A stretch of DNA of 61,515 nucleotides, the filler included, from Anaerolineae bacterium (GTDB taxonomy: Bacteria; Chloroflexota; Anaerolineae; Epilineales; Epilineaceae): assembly GCA_029262755.1 (NCBI GenBank). It is 7 parts of 7 records of this genome, joined end to end, with 100 filler letters (N's around TTAATTAATTAA, not from the genome) between each part and the next. Parts side by side here need not be neighbours in the genome. Positions count along the whole stretch, not along the records: positions 30,542 to 48,334 come from JAJCYU010000318.1; 6 more parts are not named here. One strand, given 5' to 3'. The position numbers and the translations under genes were made by a program. Shown here piece by piece: positions 35,053 to 44,903 of this stretch. The notes under the pieces are model-generated. The model searched no databases. It was not told the DNA's origin and worked only from the letters and a program-made list of their open reading frames with translations. Numbering within the stretch: the first letter of the stretch is position 1; every line of letters begins with the position of its first letter.

Positions 35053-37521
35053 ATGAGCCCACATCGCACGCCCGCCCGGCGCAGAAGTCTCGCGCACCGA
35101 CGCGGCCTGCGGCGGCGAGACCCAGCAATACACCGTGATTGCGCGCGGTCCCCGCGCCAACGTCCGTGTCCCGGCCGTCGCCGAAGTCGGGTGGGATTGG
35201 TTGCGGCGCTGGCGATCGTGCTCGTCCAGGGCTCCACCCACGGTGGCAACGCCGTTGCCGTATCCGGCGCAACGAGGGAGCGCGCTCAGGACGCGTGGCA
35301 GTCCAACGCGGTAGCGCAGCACGGAGAGCACGGCTCCGCCCAGCCCCAACCGCTCGCGCCAACGACCTCCGCCACGACCGGGCTCGACGCAGACCCTGCC
35401 GCCGATCTCGCCGGCAGGCTGACGCGGTGGGAGCTGACCGCCGTCGAGTCGTTCGGCGGTGCGCCGGGCGTGGTTACCAACGACGGCGATCGGCTGTTCG
35501 TTGCGCAGCACGGCGTCGTGCACGCCATCGAGGCGCCACCGGAAAAGCCCACGGCGCGTAGCGAAGAACCGGCCGAGGACGTTGCTCCGGTCTCCTCGGA
35601 TCACCTCGGCGCGCCGATCGTGCTCATGGACACGCGGCCCGGCTTGCTCGTCGCGGCTACGTCGGAGCTTGTCACACTCGACGTTCGCCGCGAGATCCCC
35701 CATGTGCGCGGGCGCTCGCGGCTCGTCGGGGTGCCTACCGCGCTGGCGGTGGGCGACCACGAGGCGTGGCTGTTGGACGGTAGCGAGCGCGTAATGCGCT
35801 ACGACATCGGCAATCCCAGCCGGCCCAAGATCCAAACGCCATGGCGGCCGACGTCCACAGGAGTTAGATCCGAGCGCGCCGAACTACGGGGCATCGAGGC
35901 GTCGGGGCGGTGGCACTATCTGCTCGTGACCTGGCATGCCGCGCGCAGCGGCGCACATGCGGACGGCGCGGCGGTCGCGGGTGTCGTCGCGGATGCCGGC
36001 AGCGGTGCGAGTGGCAGCGCCGGCGATCGCGCGATCCGCCGTGGAAGCGGCCCGCCAGGTTCAGACGCTTCGACCCAGCAGGCTCCCCGGCATGAGTTGC
36101 TTCTGGTCGATACGGCCGATCCGGATTCGGCGCCGGTGATCAGGGACCGCAAGGTGCTCGCCGAACTCGCGGATGGCGCGGCTATCGTCGCGGAGGACAA
36201 GCGCGTGATCGTGATGTTCGCGCACGGGTCGGCCGATGTCTTCGCACGGGTCCCGGGCGCCGAGCCCGGCACGGAGGTGCTCGAGTTCGTCGGATCGGTT
36301 CCCGAGATCCGTACGCCGGGCACCACGATGCACGTCGCGCTCTGCCACGGTTATCTATGGCGCTGGGACACTTCGGGTCAGGTGGGTGTGCTGGCAATGC
36401 ACGATCCAACGCAGTGGACGTGGCAGGTCGGGGTAAAGGGCGAGACGTGGCAGTCGGCGCGCGGTATGTCTGCCATCGGCCCCCACGCTTTGCTCAGCAA
36501 CGACTTCGGCCTTGCGTGGCGTGGAACGGAGTATTGGTCGGCAACTGGGCCGCCGCTCCTGGTCTGGAAATGGACCGGACCATGGATCACCGAGGGCGGT
36601 ACGTGGTGGCTGGACAGTGAGCGAATGCTGACGTTTCGGCCGAACGGGGCAAGCGCCGTGCCCGGTCCACCGCCGATCGCGGCACCGATCGATGCCGTGG
36701 ATGACATGCGCACGGACGGTGAACGCTTGGTGATCCGCTCTGCTGAAGTGTTGCGGGTACTGGAGCCTCGGCCTGCGGATGGCCTGTGGCGCACCGTCGC
36801 GCAAGCTGCGCTCGACATCGTGCCAAAGCGCGACTCCATACTGGCCTTCCAAGATGAGGTGGTTGTCATCGCCGACCTGAAGAACGCGCGGGTGGTTATC
36901 GTCCGGCCGGCACCGGAGATCGCACATGCGACGACCAATACCGTCGAGGGGAAGGTCATCGACGCGGCACGCATCGCCGGCGATTTGCTATGGGTGCACG
37001 AACCCAATCGGTCCACCGCCCAGTGGTTGTCGCCTATCGACCTACGTACCGGCACACGAGTAGCCACGCGCTCCGGCCAGTTCTTGGAGCTAGGTCTGCC
37101 TCACAGTAGCCGCGCGATCCAGCTCTTCCCGCCCGCGAGCTGGACGGGCTCGCTCGCATGCGTTGTACGGGAGCACGAGCTGCTTGTAGTCCAACACGAC
37201 GCGGACGCGATGCCCGTCGTGCGGTCACGGTTCGAGATGCCGGGACTGATCCAAGAGAGTCGTTGCGACGACCACAAAGCTTGGGTCCGATGGGAATCCG
37301 AACTCGACGCCGGCCTGGAGGTCGTGGATCTTTCGACCCCGGACTATCCCGGCACGATCGCTTCCGTGCGCGTCGGCCCCGTGCCGCGCATATTCCGACC
37401 ACTCACGGTTCACGGTGGCCACGCCTGGCTCCACGACGGCGAGAGCATCGTCCGCTTCGCGCTGCGGCGCGTGCCGACCGAATGGGCCCATCGCCTCTGG
37501 CTGCCGCATCTCGGACGCTAG
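35053..37521 (+). CDS. Secreted LVIVD-like beta-propeller protein with LWLP tail
   Basis: GAGGAG RBS; hydrophobic signal; YDIGNPSRP, LEVVDLSTPDYP; ends RLWLPHLGR*. Confidence 0.75.
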   Translation: MSPHRTPARRRSLAHRRGLRRRDPAIHRDCARSPRQRPCPGRRRSRVGLVAALAIVLVQGSTHGGNAVAVSGATRERAQDAWQSNAVAQHGEHGSAQPQPLAPTTSATTGLDADPAADLAGRLTRWELTAVESFGGAPGVVTNDGDRLFVAQHGVVHAIEAPPEKPTARSEEPAEDVAPVSSDHLGAPIVLMDTRPGLLVAATSELVTLDVRREIPHVRGRSRLVGVPTALAVGDHEAWLLDGSERVMRYDIGNPSRPKIQTPWRPTSTGVRSERAELRGIEASGRWHYLLVTWHAARSGAHADGAAVAGVVADAGSGASGSAGDRAIRRGSGPPGSDASTQQAPRHELLLVDTADPDSAPVIRDRKVLAELADGAAIVAEDKRVIVMFAHGSADVFARVPGAEPGTEVLEFVGSVPEIRTPGTTMHVALCHGYLWRWDTSGQVGVLAMHDPTQWTWQVGVKGETWQSARGMSAIGPHALLSNDFGLAWRGTEYWSATGPPLLVWKWTGPWITEGGTWWLDSERMLTFRPNGASAVPGPPPIAAPIDAVDDMRTDGERLVIRSAEVLRVLEPRPADGLWRTVAQAALDIVPKRDSILAFQDEVVVIADLKNARVVIVRPAPEIAHATTNTVEGKVIDAARIAGDLLWVHEPNRSTAQWLSPIDLRTGTRVATRSGQFLELGLPHSSRAIQLFPPASWTGSLACVVREHELLVVQHDADAMPVVRSRFEMPGLIQESRCDDHKAWVRWESELDAGLEVVDLSTPDYPGTIASVRVGPVPRIFRPLTVHGGHAWLHDGESIVRFALRRVPTEWAHRLWLPHLGR

Positions 37522-37800
37522 CTGCCGAGGGACGCTGGGAACCATGGGCGTCCAGTTGGGGTGCACGTTGGGCAGCGCGCGAGAGGCTGGAGCCTGTGCG
37601 TTTGATCCACTGCATAGTCCGCCAGTGCCAAATGGTTCGCCAGAACCAGATTGGCCTGGTCCCACGCGTTAGATACCATGGACCTGCAGGCTCTCAATCC
37701 TTGACGTCGCTTCGTAGCGAGTCGATGAGTGCAAGTCTGAATTCGCTGAGTGGGCTCGGCGCGACGACCGCGTGATTGGACGACGTAACTGGCGATCCGT

Positions 37801-38661
37801 ATGAAGCGAGTCCTTGCAATGAGCGCGATGGGCATCCTGGCCATGGTCGTATTGGCCATTGGCTATCTGTACACGATTCAGGCTTCGATGATCTACTTTC
37901 CGCGTGGCTATTCCGCGGCCGAGTTGGTCGCAGCCGATGAACTATTCGATCGCGTGTACTTCGAGACGTCGGCCGGAAGTCAGATGGCCTTCTACCGGCC
38001 ACCCCTCAACGTGGTGGGGACTGTGGGATCCGAGCCGGCCTCGGCTCGTGTGTGGTTGGTCTTCGGCGGGAATGGATCTCGCGCACTGGATTGGGCCGAT
38101 GTCATCGCCGATCCGGCGTTCGACGACGACGCGTTCCTCCTGATCGACTACCCGGGATATGGCGCAAGCGAAGGGCAACCAACGCCGGCTACGATCGAAG
38201 AGTCGATCGCAGCCGCGATCACGGCGGCGGCAGCCCACACGGGCGTGCCGGAATCGGGGCTGGTGGATCGACTCGCGGTTCTGGGTCATTCCCTAGGCGG
38301 CGCGGCGGCACTGTACGCGGCCGAAGAGTACGGGATTGCCAGGATCGTGCTGATATCACCCTTCACGACGATGCGCGAAATGGCCTCTCTGCGCTTCGGC
38401 CGGTGGTTGCCACGTCTGCTGCGACACAACTACGACAATCGAGGACGCCTAGGCCGGATCCTGGAAGGCAGCGACAAGGGCGGTTCGCCTCAGGTGACGA
38501 TCATCCACGGCGAAGAGGACTCGATCATCCCCATCTCCATGGGACGCGAACTCGCCGAACTCGATTCCCGACGCATCCGCTTCTTCTCGATCCCGGGTGC
38601 CGGCCACAATGACGTGGTCGCGAAGGCTGTGGCGCTGTTCCATGCGCCGGCCTCGCCCTGA
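37801..38661 (+). CDS. Membrane-anchored alpha/beta hydrolase
   Basis: N-terminal TM helix; FGGNG, DYPGYGASEG.P, GHSLG, IHGEEDSIIP, GAGHND. Confidence 0.9.
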   Translation: MKRVLAMSAMGILAMVVLAIGYLYTIQASMIYFPRGYSAAELVAADELFDRVYFETSAGSQMAFYRPPLNVVGTVGSEPASARVWLVFGGNGSRALDWADVIADPAFDDDAFLLIDYPGYGASEGQPTPATIEESIAAAITAAAAHTGVPESGLVDRLAVLGHSLGGAAALYAAEEYGIARIVLISPFTTMREMASLRFGRWLPRLLRHNYDNRGRLGRILEGSDKGGSPQVTIIHGEEDSIIPISMGRELAELDSRRIRFFSIPGAGHNDVVAKAVALFHAPASP

Positions 38662-38876
38662 GAATGGTGGGTTTGTAGCCGGCCTTCCGAAAGTGGTGCC
38701 CAAAAATCGGAAACCGACCGTACGAGCCATCGTAGACAGATCTAAGTCCGTGAAGAACCGCCAAAAGCGCCGATGCCACCTATGGTGCCGATGCCGCCGT
38801 AGCGGACGCAGCGCGTCTGCGGTGAGCGATCGAACTCCATCCTCCAAGCCAACGCTTCTGGGAGACCGCGCACACG

Positions 38877-39137
38877 ATGTGGGTGACCGTCCTATTCGAG
38901 ATTGCACTGGATCTCTTCATCGAGTTCGTCAGTTGGTCGGCGATGGCGCCTCGAACGCGAGAGGAGCGGCGCGCGCGCAAACGTCGTCGCGGTCCGCGGC
39001 ATGAAGCTGCGGCCGCCCGCGAGTCATTCACAGGCGAAGCCACTACGCGGGGAGGCGCCGAGCAGGTGGCTGTCTTCTTTGTTCTGGTGACGCTGGTCAT
39101 GATGGCCGGCCTATTCATGCTGCTGCTCCTGCAGTAG
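38877..39137 (+). CDS. Small hypothetical membrane protein
   Basis: GGGAG upstream; hydrophobic N- and C-termini around a basic stretch. Confidence 0.4.
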   Translation: MWVTVLFEIALDLFIEFVSWSAMAPRTREERRARKRRRGPRHEAAAARESFTGEATTRGGAEQVAVFFVLVTLVMMAGLFMLLLLQ

Positions 39138-39142
39138 GAGCA

Positions 39143-41404
39143 CTACGGCCGAAAGATCGAGATCCCGCCACCGTCGCCCGTGGCCCAGATGCGGCCGTCG
39201 GGCGCCACCTCGACGTCCGTGACAGTGCGCAAGCTCAGCCCGTCCTCGGCCGTCAGCTGCGACCATTGGCCGTCCTGTGTTCGAAGGCGGAGGCCGTTGT
39301 CGGTGCCGAACCACATCGTGCCGTGGGCGTCCAGAGCCATCGACTCTGCGCGGAAGGCGAGGGCGGGGTCGTCTTCGACGGTGGTCCACGCGCTTGCGGC
39401 GCGATCAAAGATGGCCACTGAGTCGAAGAAACCGACCCATATCCGGCCTGCGGGACCGCGTGCTAGGCTGACCACAGCGGCATGCTCGACGCTCGCCGGA
39501 ACGTCGATCTCCACGTAGCGGCCCGTACGCTGGCGATAGCCGAGGCTACTGCGCGGCGCGCCGGAGATGATATCCGAGCCCAACCACAGCCCACCGATCT
39601 CGTCGAGCAACAACGCATGAATGTCTCCGCCACCTGGAATCCCACTGCCTCGCTGCACCGTAGACCACCTGCCATCGGGGCGCCGCACGGATAGTCCTCC
39701 GTCGGAGCACTGTCCCAAGGCGATGAAGCACGTGCTGGTCGCGAAGTAGGCCGTGCCATCGTTGTCAATCAAGAAGTCGCGAACGCGGGACGAGCCGAGC
39801 CCTGCGGGTACGCGGAAGTGCGAGATCGTCCCGTCCGACTCGATGTGATGCACCCCGCCAAGATCGGGCTGGCTGAATCCAGGGAGCGTCGACACCCAAA
39901 CACCGTCGCGATGATCGGACACAACGCCGCCGATGGTTTCGAAGGAGAGGCCGTCCGCCGTGCCGTATTGCGACCACGATCCGTCCGGATGCCGTGCGGC
40001 GAGGCCCGCCCGCGTGCCGATCCACGCGCTGCCGTCCGTCGCGAAGGCCATGTCGTTAACAACCCTGTTTGGCAGGCCGCCGCGCTGGAAGCGGTGCCAC
40101 GCACCGTCTGCATCGCGCTGCCGAACGCCGTCGTCCGTCGCGACCCAGACGGTTCCGTCTTCTCCGAGCGCTACGTCGTACATCGCGTGCCCGCCCAGTC
40201 CCTCTCCGTCGCCGATCAGCTGCCACGACCCGTCGCCATCGGGCTCAAACAATCCCTCTTTGGTTCGCAGCCAAGGCCGGTTGTCGGCATCGATCGCGAC
40301 CATGGTGCCCGCGCCGGACTTTAGTCCAGGCGTGTTGAGATCAACCGGCACCCACGTTCCATCCGTGTTGCGCATTGCCACGTTCCAAGTGATGTTCGGC
40401 ACGGTTTCCAGGTCGATCCAGGACACCCAGAGCCGGTCCCCACCGTCGACGTGTAGGCTCGCGAGATTATCGGCAGGGACACCGGATCCGTCGTCGTGCT
40501 TCTCGGTGGACCATGTGCCGTCTGCTCGAAGTGTGCTTAGGCCGCCCCACAACGTTGCGAACCAGACATTGCCCTTCGAGTCAAAGGCGATCTTGGTCAC
40601 CATGCCCGCAACGGTGCCCTCAAATGGATAGGCTCCGAAGTGCGTCCAATTGCCGTCCCGCGATCGCCGACTCGCGCCGTCGACGGTGCCGAACCACAGG
40701 CTGTCGTCCGGTGCGAGGGCGATCGTCACCACGTCCTCCGGCGGACCGGCCGTGGACGGATCCGTTTGCCAACGACCGTCCGCGTCCAGCCACGCGGTGC
40801 CAATTCCGTCTCGCCCGCCTACCCACAACGTACCGTCTGCATCCAAGGTTGGGTGACCCACTCTGTGGCCCGGCAACCCGTCCTCCAAGGTGTACACGCG
40901 GGAGTCGCCGGTCGAGAGATCCCACTCGGTCACCCCAGCGCCCGTGGTCCACAGCCGATTGGCCGCTTCGTCTATAGCAAGACCAGACACTTCGTCGGTG
41001 GCGAGCAAGTACTCCCACGCGCCGGTGTCCACGTCGAGTTGGGCGCCATGGCCCAGCGCAAGCTCATCCTCCGATGGAGGGAGGATGGTGGGGATGTCGA
41101 TGACGGGCTCCGTGGCGGGCTCGTCGGCTTCGCCGTAGCCGTCGAAGCCGTCTCCTTCGTCTTGTTCCACCCTAGGGTACCCGTCGTGCGGTTCTTCCTC
41201 CGGGTACCGCTCGTCCTGCGCGACCCCCGGGTACCCAACGTCGCCGCGATCATCGTCGGCGTCGCCCTCAACCGGCCGCGGCGTGGACCGCGGGCCAACG
41301 GCGCCGGTCGCGGAGAGCGGCAGGTAGAGTCGCGCGGTCTCAACCGGTGGCCCGGTGGTCGCGAGGTGCTTGATCAGAAAGGCGACGAGTAGGAGGGCCA
41401 CCAA
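39143..41404 (-). CDS. Secreted two-component-regulator-propeller-type beta-propeller protein with N-terminal LYLP motif
   Basis: Repeats (D/T).DG.(L/V)W.(G/A)T..G, YT.EDGL; RLYLPLSA after a hydrophobic segment; true start possibly GTG 41468 via frameshift. Confidence 0.85.
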   Translation of the reverse strand: MVALLLVAFLIKHLATTGPPVETARLYLPLSATGAVGPRSTPRPVEGDADDDRGDVGYPGVAQDERYPEEEPHDGYPRVEQDEGDGFDGYGEADEPATEPVIDIPTILPPSEDELALGHGAQLDVDTGAWEYLLATDEVSGLAIDEAANRLWTTGAGVTEWDLSTGDSRVYTLEDGLPGHRVGHPTLDADGTLWVGGRDGIGTAWLDADGRWQTDPSTAGPPEDVVTIALAPDDSLWFGTVDGASRRSRDGNWTHFGAYPFEGTVAGMVTKIAFDSKGNVWFATLWGGLSTLRADGTWSTEKHDDGSGVPADNLASLHVDGGDRLWVSWIDLETVPNITWNVAMRNTDGTWVPVDLNTPGLKSGAGTMVAIDADNRPWLRTKEGLFEPDGDGSWQLIGDGEGLGGHAMYDVALGEDGTVWVATDDGVRQRDADGAWHRFQRGGLPNRVVNDMAFATDGSAWIGTRAGLAARHPDGSWSQYGTADGLSFETIGGVVSDHRDGVWVSTLPGFSQPDLGGVHHIESDGTISHFRVPAGLGSSRVRDFLIDNDGTAYFATSTCFIALGQCSDGGLSVRRPDGRWSTVQRGSGIPGGGDIHALLLDEIGGLWLGSDIISGAPRSSLGYRQRTGRYVEIDVPASVEHAAVVSLARGPAGRIWVGFFDSVAIFDRAASAWTTVEDDPALAFRAESMALDAHGTMWFGTDNGLRLRTQDGQWSQLTAEDGLSLRTVTDVEVAPDGRIWATGDGGGISIFRP

Positions 41405-41721
41405 CGCAGCTGCGGCGCGGATGCGATTGCGGATGGGGTTGCTCCGGGGGCACGAGGTGCGGGCTCACGGGTGCAGCTTACACAGACATCGGCCGGAAAA
41501 GAGTACGCGACCCTCCGCCGAAGCGCGTGCAGTTGGCTATCGCCGGTGTCGGCACGCGACGGCCGATTCGGGCGAAGCGTAGGTCAGTCGCGTTGCACCG
41601 GTGTACCCGGCAGGAATTCTAGAGGTGTGGGCTAGGTCGGCGAAGCCCTGACCGGCGACCGAGGTCTTGGGTCTTTGCGGACGAAGTTGCCCCGGCGTTC
41701 TCCGAGACATAGTGTGGAGCC

Positions 41722-42435
41722 ATGACCGATCCGTCGACCCACCGGCTACCGGCTGCCCATATCACGCTGACGTGCCGTCTACAGTTCGCGCTGTGCGCAC
41801 TGTTGATGGCCGGCCTCGCGGCATGGACGCCTGGCCGGACGGGGATACAACCGGCACCTGCGTTCGCGCAAGTGCCGACTGTCACGCCCTTGCCCGAGCC
41901 AACCATATCGGGCGAACCGCCCCCCGCCTACCTGGAAATCGCGGGCGCGCGGCGACCCATGGCGGTCAGCACGTACTGCTGGGAGGGCGGATGTGTCGAT
42001 GCGGTGGGATTGATCACGCCGCCCGAGCCTATGACGGCGACATTTCCCGCCGAAGCGGTCCTGGATCTGGAAGCGACCCGCGGAGTTGAGTTCTTGGGGC
42101 TGCGGGTTATGCCGGTAACGATGGACATGGCGAGCGAGCTCACGGCCGGTCGCTGGCGGGGGAAGCTTGTCTGGGACGTGACCGCCGTCGATGTCGCGTC
42201 GGGGTCCGTCCGGACCCTTCAGCCAATTCGACGCCAGGCTACACCGCTCGATCTGAAGGCGGGACTGCACCTCGTTTGGCTGTCTGTGAACTGGGTCGGC
42301 TTCGGCGATGCCCAATTCAGTATGCTGGTCCACGCCCAACGCGATGCCGCCGGCGACCTGTACTTGCCCTGGTTGTCCAGCGGATCGTGGGACGAGGACG
42401 GTTCGGTGCCAACGGCGCGACTCCGTCGCCGGTAA
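41722..42435 (+). CDS. Secreted hypothetical protein with LYLP tail
   Basis: GGAG RBS; signal ending AFA-Q; STYCWEGGCVD; DLYLPWLSSG near the C-terminus. Confidence 0.75.
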   Translation: MTDPSTHRLPAAHITLTCRLQFALCALLMAGLAAWTPGRTGIQPAPAFAQVPTVTPLPEPTISGEPPPAYLEIAGARRPMAVSTYCWEGGCVDAVGLITPPEPMTATFPAEAVLDLEATRGVEFLGLRVMPVTMDMASELTAGRWRGKLVWDVTAVDVASGSVRTLQPIRRQATPLDLKAGLHLVWLSVNWVGFGDAQFSMLVHAQRDAAGDLYLPWLSSGSWDEDGSVPTARLRRR

Positions 42436-42574
42436 CGTGGACGGCCGTATCGGGACTGCGGGCGTGTGGCGCCGTGGCAATCTGGGACGCATCCCACCGC
42501 TGCAACGTCTGATCAAGCAGAGTGTGGTGACCATTCTTGCGATGAGATGCCAAGGCGACAAAGTGATGGTTGCC

Positions 42575-43099
42575 CTATTCTTGCACCGCCTTGGGCACAC
42601 GACGACGAGTAGCACGTCGCCCCCCCACGGCCGCAACGATGCCGACCGCCTGGCCATGCTCGTCCTCGAACACGATCCGCGCGTGAAGTCCGAGACCGCG
42701 CGCAATCGACGTTAGTGTCGAAAGACGCCAGTCGGCACGCCGCTCAACCTTGCTCAGGTCGGACTGTGTCATTCCGATACTCGAGGCGAGCTCGGTTTGG
42801 CTCATTCCGCGGCGGCTTCTAAGTTCGGACAGGGTGAGGTGTGGCGCACGATAGCCGTCGAGCGCGGCCCGCCGCTTTGCGATCCACGCTCTCCAAAGAG
42901 GGCTGGTGCCGTAGCGCGGATTGGCGTCGCACAGGAGCAGCACGCGCTCCGCGAGCCGGCCGTAGGGGTCCGCGGCGATCGCAAGGAACAAGGGTTGCCA
43001 GATCTCCAGGTCGCCCTGATCGAGCATGTCATCCAGGGCCGCGTCGCCCAACGCGTCAACCGGGGTATCCGCAGGGTAGTCGAGATGGCGATGGATCAT
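42575..43099 (-). CDS. XRE-family HTH protein, putative antitoxin
   Basis: LSELRSRRGMSQTELASSIGMTQSDLSKVE; N-domain LDQGDL..W......AADPYG; ATGA overlap with the upstream gene. Confidence 0.85.
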   Translation of the reverse strand: MIHRHLDYPADTPVDALGDAALDDMLDQGDLEIWQPLFLAIAADPYGRLAERVLLLCDANPRYGTSPLWRAWIAKRRAALDGYRAPHLTLSELRSRRGMSQTELASSIGMTQSDLSKVERRADWRLSTLTSIARGLGLHARIVFEDEHGQAVGIVAAVGGRRATRRRVPKAVQE

Positions 43100-43791
43100 G
43101 TCTCTTCCTCGAGAAGGGCATCGGCAATCGCAACCGCCAAAGTCCGACACGCGTCCTGCACGGCGCTCCAATCGCGCCACCGTGCGTGAAGCCGACGATA
43201 GTGCGCGAGATCGACGTTGGAGAGATCGTAGGGGCGCGGTGCCGCCAACTGCTTCGCGAGCTGTGCCGCGAGACACATGTGGCCCGGGCCTCGTTGATCC
43301 TCGTAGTAGCGGTCGATGGACAAGAGAACGCGCGGCGCGCCAGTGCCAAGTCGGTCGGCCAAGGCAACTAGTTCAAGATAGTCTCGGGTGGCATTGCGAA
43401 TCAGGACCATCCACGCCTTTAGGCGCGTCATCTCTTCCAAGGTCGGCACCCGGATCGGGCCGTGGGGCGTCTGGTGGATCTCGACTTCCAACGGCGTGCG
43501 ACGGATCAGGTTGCGGACGCCCGTCTCGATGCCGTCCAGGCTTCCCAGGATGAGCACCGGCCTCTTCACCCGCGCCGTAATCCAGCCGTCTGAGTCTTCG
43601 AGATCGGCCAGTACCGCATCGAATCGATCGCGCAGGTCGGCTACGACGTGATCGTCGTCGAACGACACACGGTGGCCAGCGTATTCTGCGGTAGCCGGTC
43701 GGACCACAGGAACAGCGTCGGGCACGATTCGCTGCAGTCTCGCTGCCGCGCCCAGCACGTGGCTCATATCCGGATGCGGAGGGGCTTTCAT
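43096..43791 (-). CDS. AbiEii/AbiGii-like nucleotidyltransferase, putative toxin, with degenerate N-terminal motif
   Basis: GHRVSFDDDHV (HRxSxDxD), RVPTLEEMTRLKAW, RNATRDYLE; the expected LVGG motif reads PVVR. Confidence 0.7.
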   Translation of the reverse strand: MKAPPHPDMSHVLGAAARLQRIVPDAVPVVRPATAEYAGHRVSFDDDHVVADLRDRFDAVLADLEDSDGWITARVKRPVLILGSLDGIETGVRNLIRRTPLEVEIHQTPHGPIRVPTLEEMTRLKAWMVLIRNATRDYLELVALADRLGTGAPRVLLSIDRYYEDQRGPGHMCLAAQLAKQLAAPRPYDLSNVDLAHYRRLHARWRDWSAVQDACRTLAVAIADALLEEET

Positions 43792-44050
43792 GGTAGTGAG
43801 TCTACGCACTATTGGGGCGCCGGCAAGAACATCATCCATGGCTTGGCGGTTGGAAATGGAGCGGAGGGGGGTCGGATGGGCTGGCAACATCCGTGAGCGA
43901 CAGCAGATGTCCATCGCAGTGGACATAACAGCATGTCGATGCGCTGGAGACGTTCGTGGTGGATCACGCCAGCGTGAATGGCCCCGTGGTCTAGATGAGC
44001 ATTCGTTATGAATCTTGGCTTCGCCGCTGCCGCTAGGGGCCGGCCGAAAT

Positions 44051-44109
44051 GTGCCTTCCTAGCAGGTGCGGCCTGCTTCCTTAGCAGGGGGGATGTGCTA
44101 GGAAGGCAC
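44051..44109. repeat. Nested inverted repeat
   Basis: GTGCCTTCCTAGCA (44051-64) / TGCTAGGAAGGCAC (44096-109) perfect 14-bp IR enclosing the hairpin CCTGCT-N5-AGCAGG. Confidence 0.8.
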
Positions 44110-44301
44110 CGCTGCCTACCTTCCTATCAAACTCGGGTCATTCCCGTAGGTTTTTCTGGCTGGAACAGGGCATGGCAACGCAAAAAGCGGCCCCGTCGTG
44201 CGCCGGGACCGCCTGGAGTCTCGTATTCGGTTGTTGAGGTCTGTGGCTCGAGAAGCTGACCGTCGATCGATGTCGCCGACCGGCCGTGTGGGCCGCGGCG
44301 G

Positions 44302-44724
44302 CTAGGCCGCTGGATCCACGTCGAAGGCCGGCTCGATCGGGTTGACTAGGAGCGCTTCGCACGGGAGCGCGACGGTCGCGGCGGTGCGAGGGCCGTTGTT
44401 CGCGCGCTGGTCGATCGCGCCTTCGATCGCGCCCGGGTTGGCGAGCGTGCCTCGGGGCGTGGAATCGACGTGCACCGTCGGGCGCATGCCTCCGTCGACG
44501 CGCACCGCGTTGACGGTGCGGTCGATGCCGGGTAGCTGGAGCGCGGCGCCCCGCAGCAGGGCGTTGCGCATCTCTTCGCACATGTCCGCGAAGACCGTGC
44601 GCGCGATCGCAAGGTTGACCAACGAGCCGCGGGTCAGGCTAGCGGTGAACGCATCCAACCCGACCGTGCGGGCGCTCAGGATCCGCGGACGATACGCGGA
44701 GACGGCTGCAATCAACGTGGCCAT
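44302..44724 (-). CDS. HU/IHF-like DNA-binding domain protein of the type common in Anaerolineae, possibly degenerate
   Basis: GGAGG RBS; AVSAYRPRI, helical segment, L.G.A.QLPGI, DG, NPG..EG.I..R.N.G pattern recalled from Chloroflexota HU-domain proteins. Confidence 0.5.
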   Translation of the reverse strand: MATLIAAVSAYRPRILSARTVGLDAFTASLTRGSLVNLAIARTVFADMCEEMRNALLRGAALQLPGIDRTVNAVRVDGGMRPTVHVDSTPRGTLANPGAIEGAIDQRANNGPRTAATVALPCEALLVNPIEPAFDVDPAA

Positions 44725-44903
44725 GGCTGCAAACCTCCGTTCAGGTGCAAATGGACAAGAAGAAATCAGGTGGGGCGGCTGCGAAGCGCTTCGAGGTAGC
44801 ACAACGCCGTAGGACACGAGCGGTTCCAATTCCCGATGAGTATTGGATGGGAGAATCCGACTCTTGGGCGTCCGTACGGCACGGATGGCGGGTTTAGACA
44901 GCC

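Noticed and set aside
37521..37800. GTTAGAT (GTTRRRY) as a possible integron attC core site
   Set aside because: No matching inverse core (RYYYAAC) or attC-like palindrome found upstream, and no integrase.
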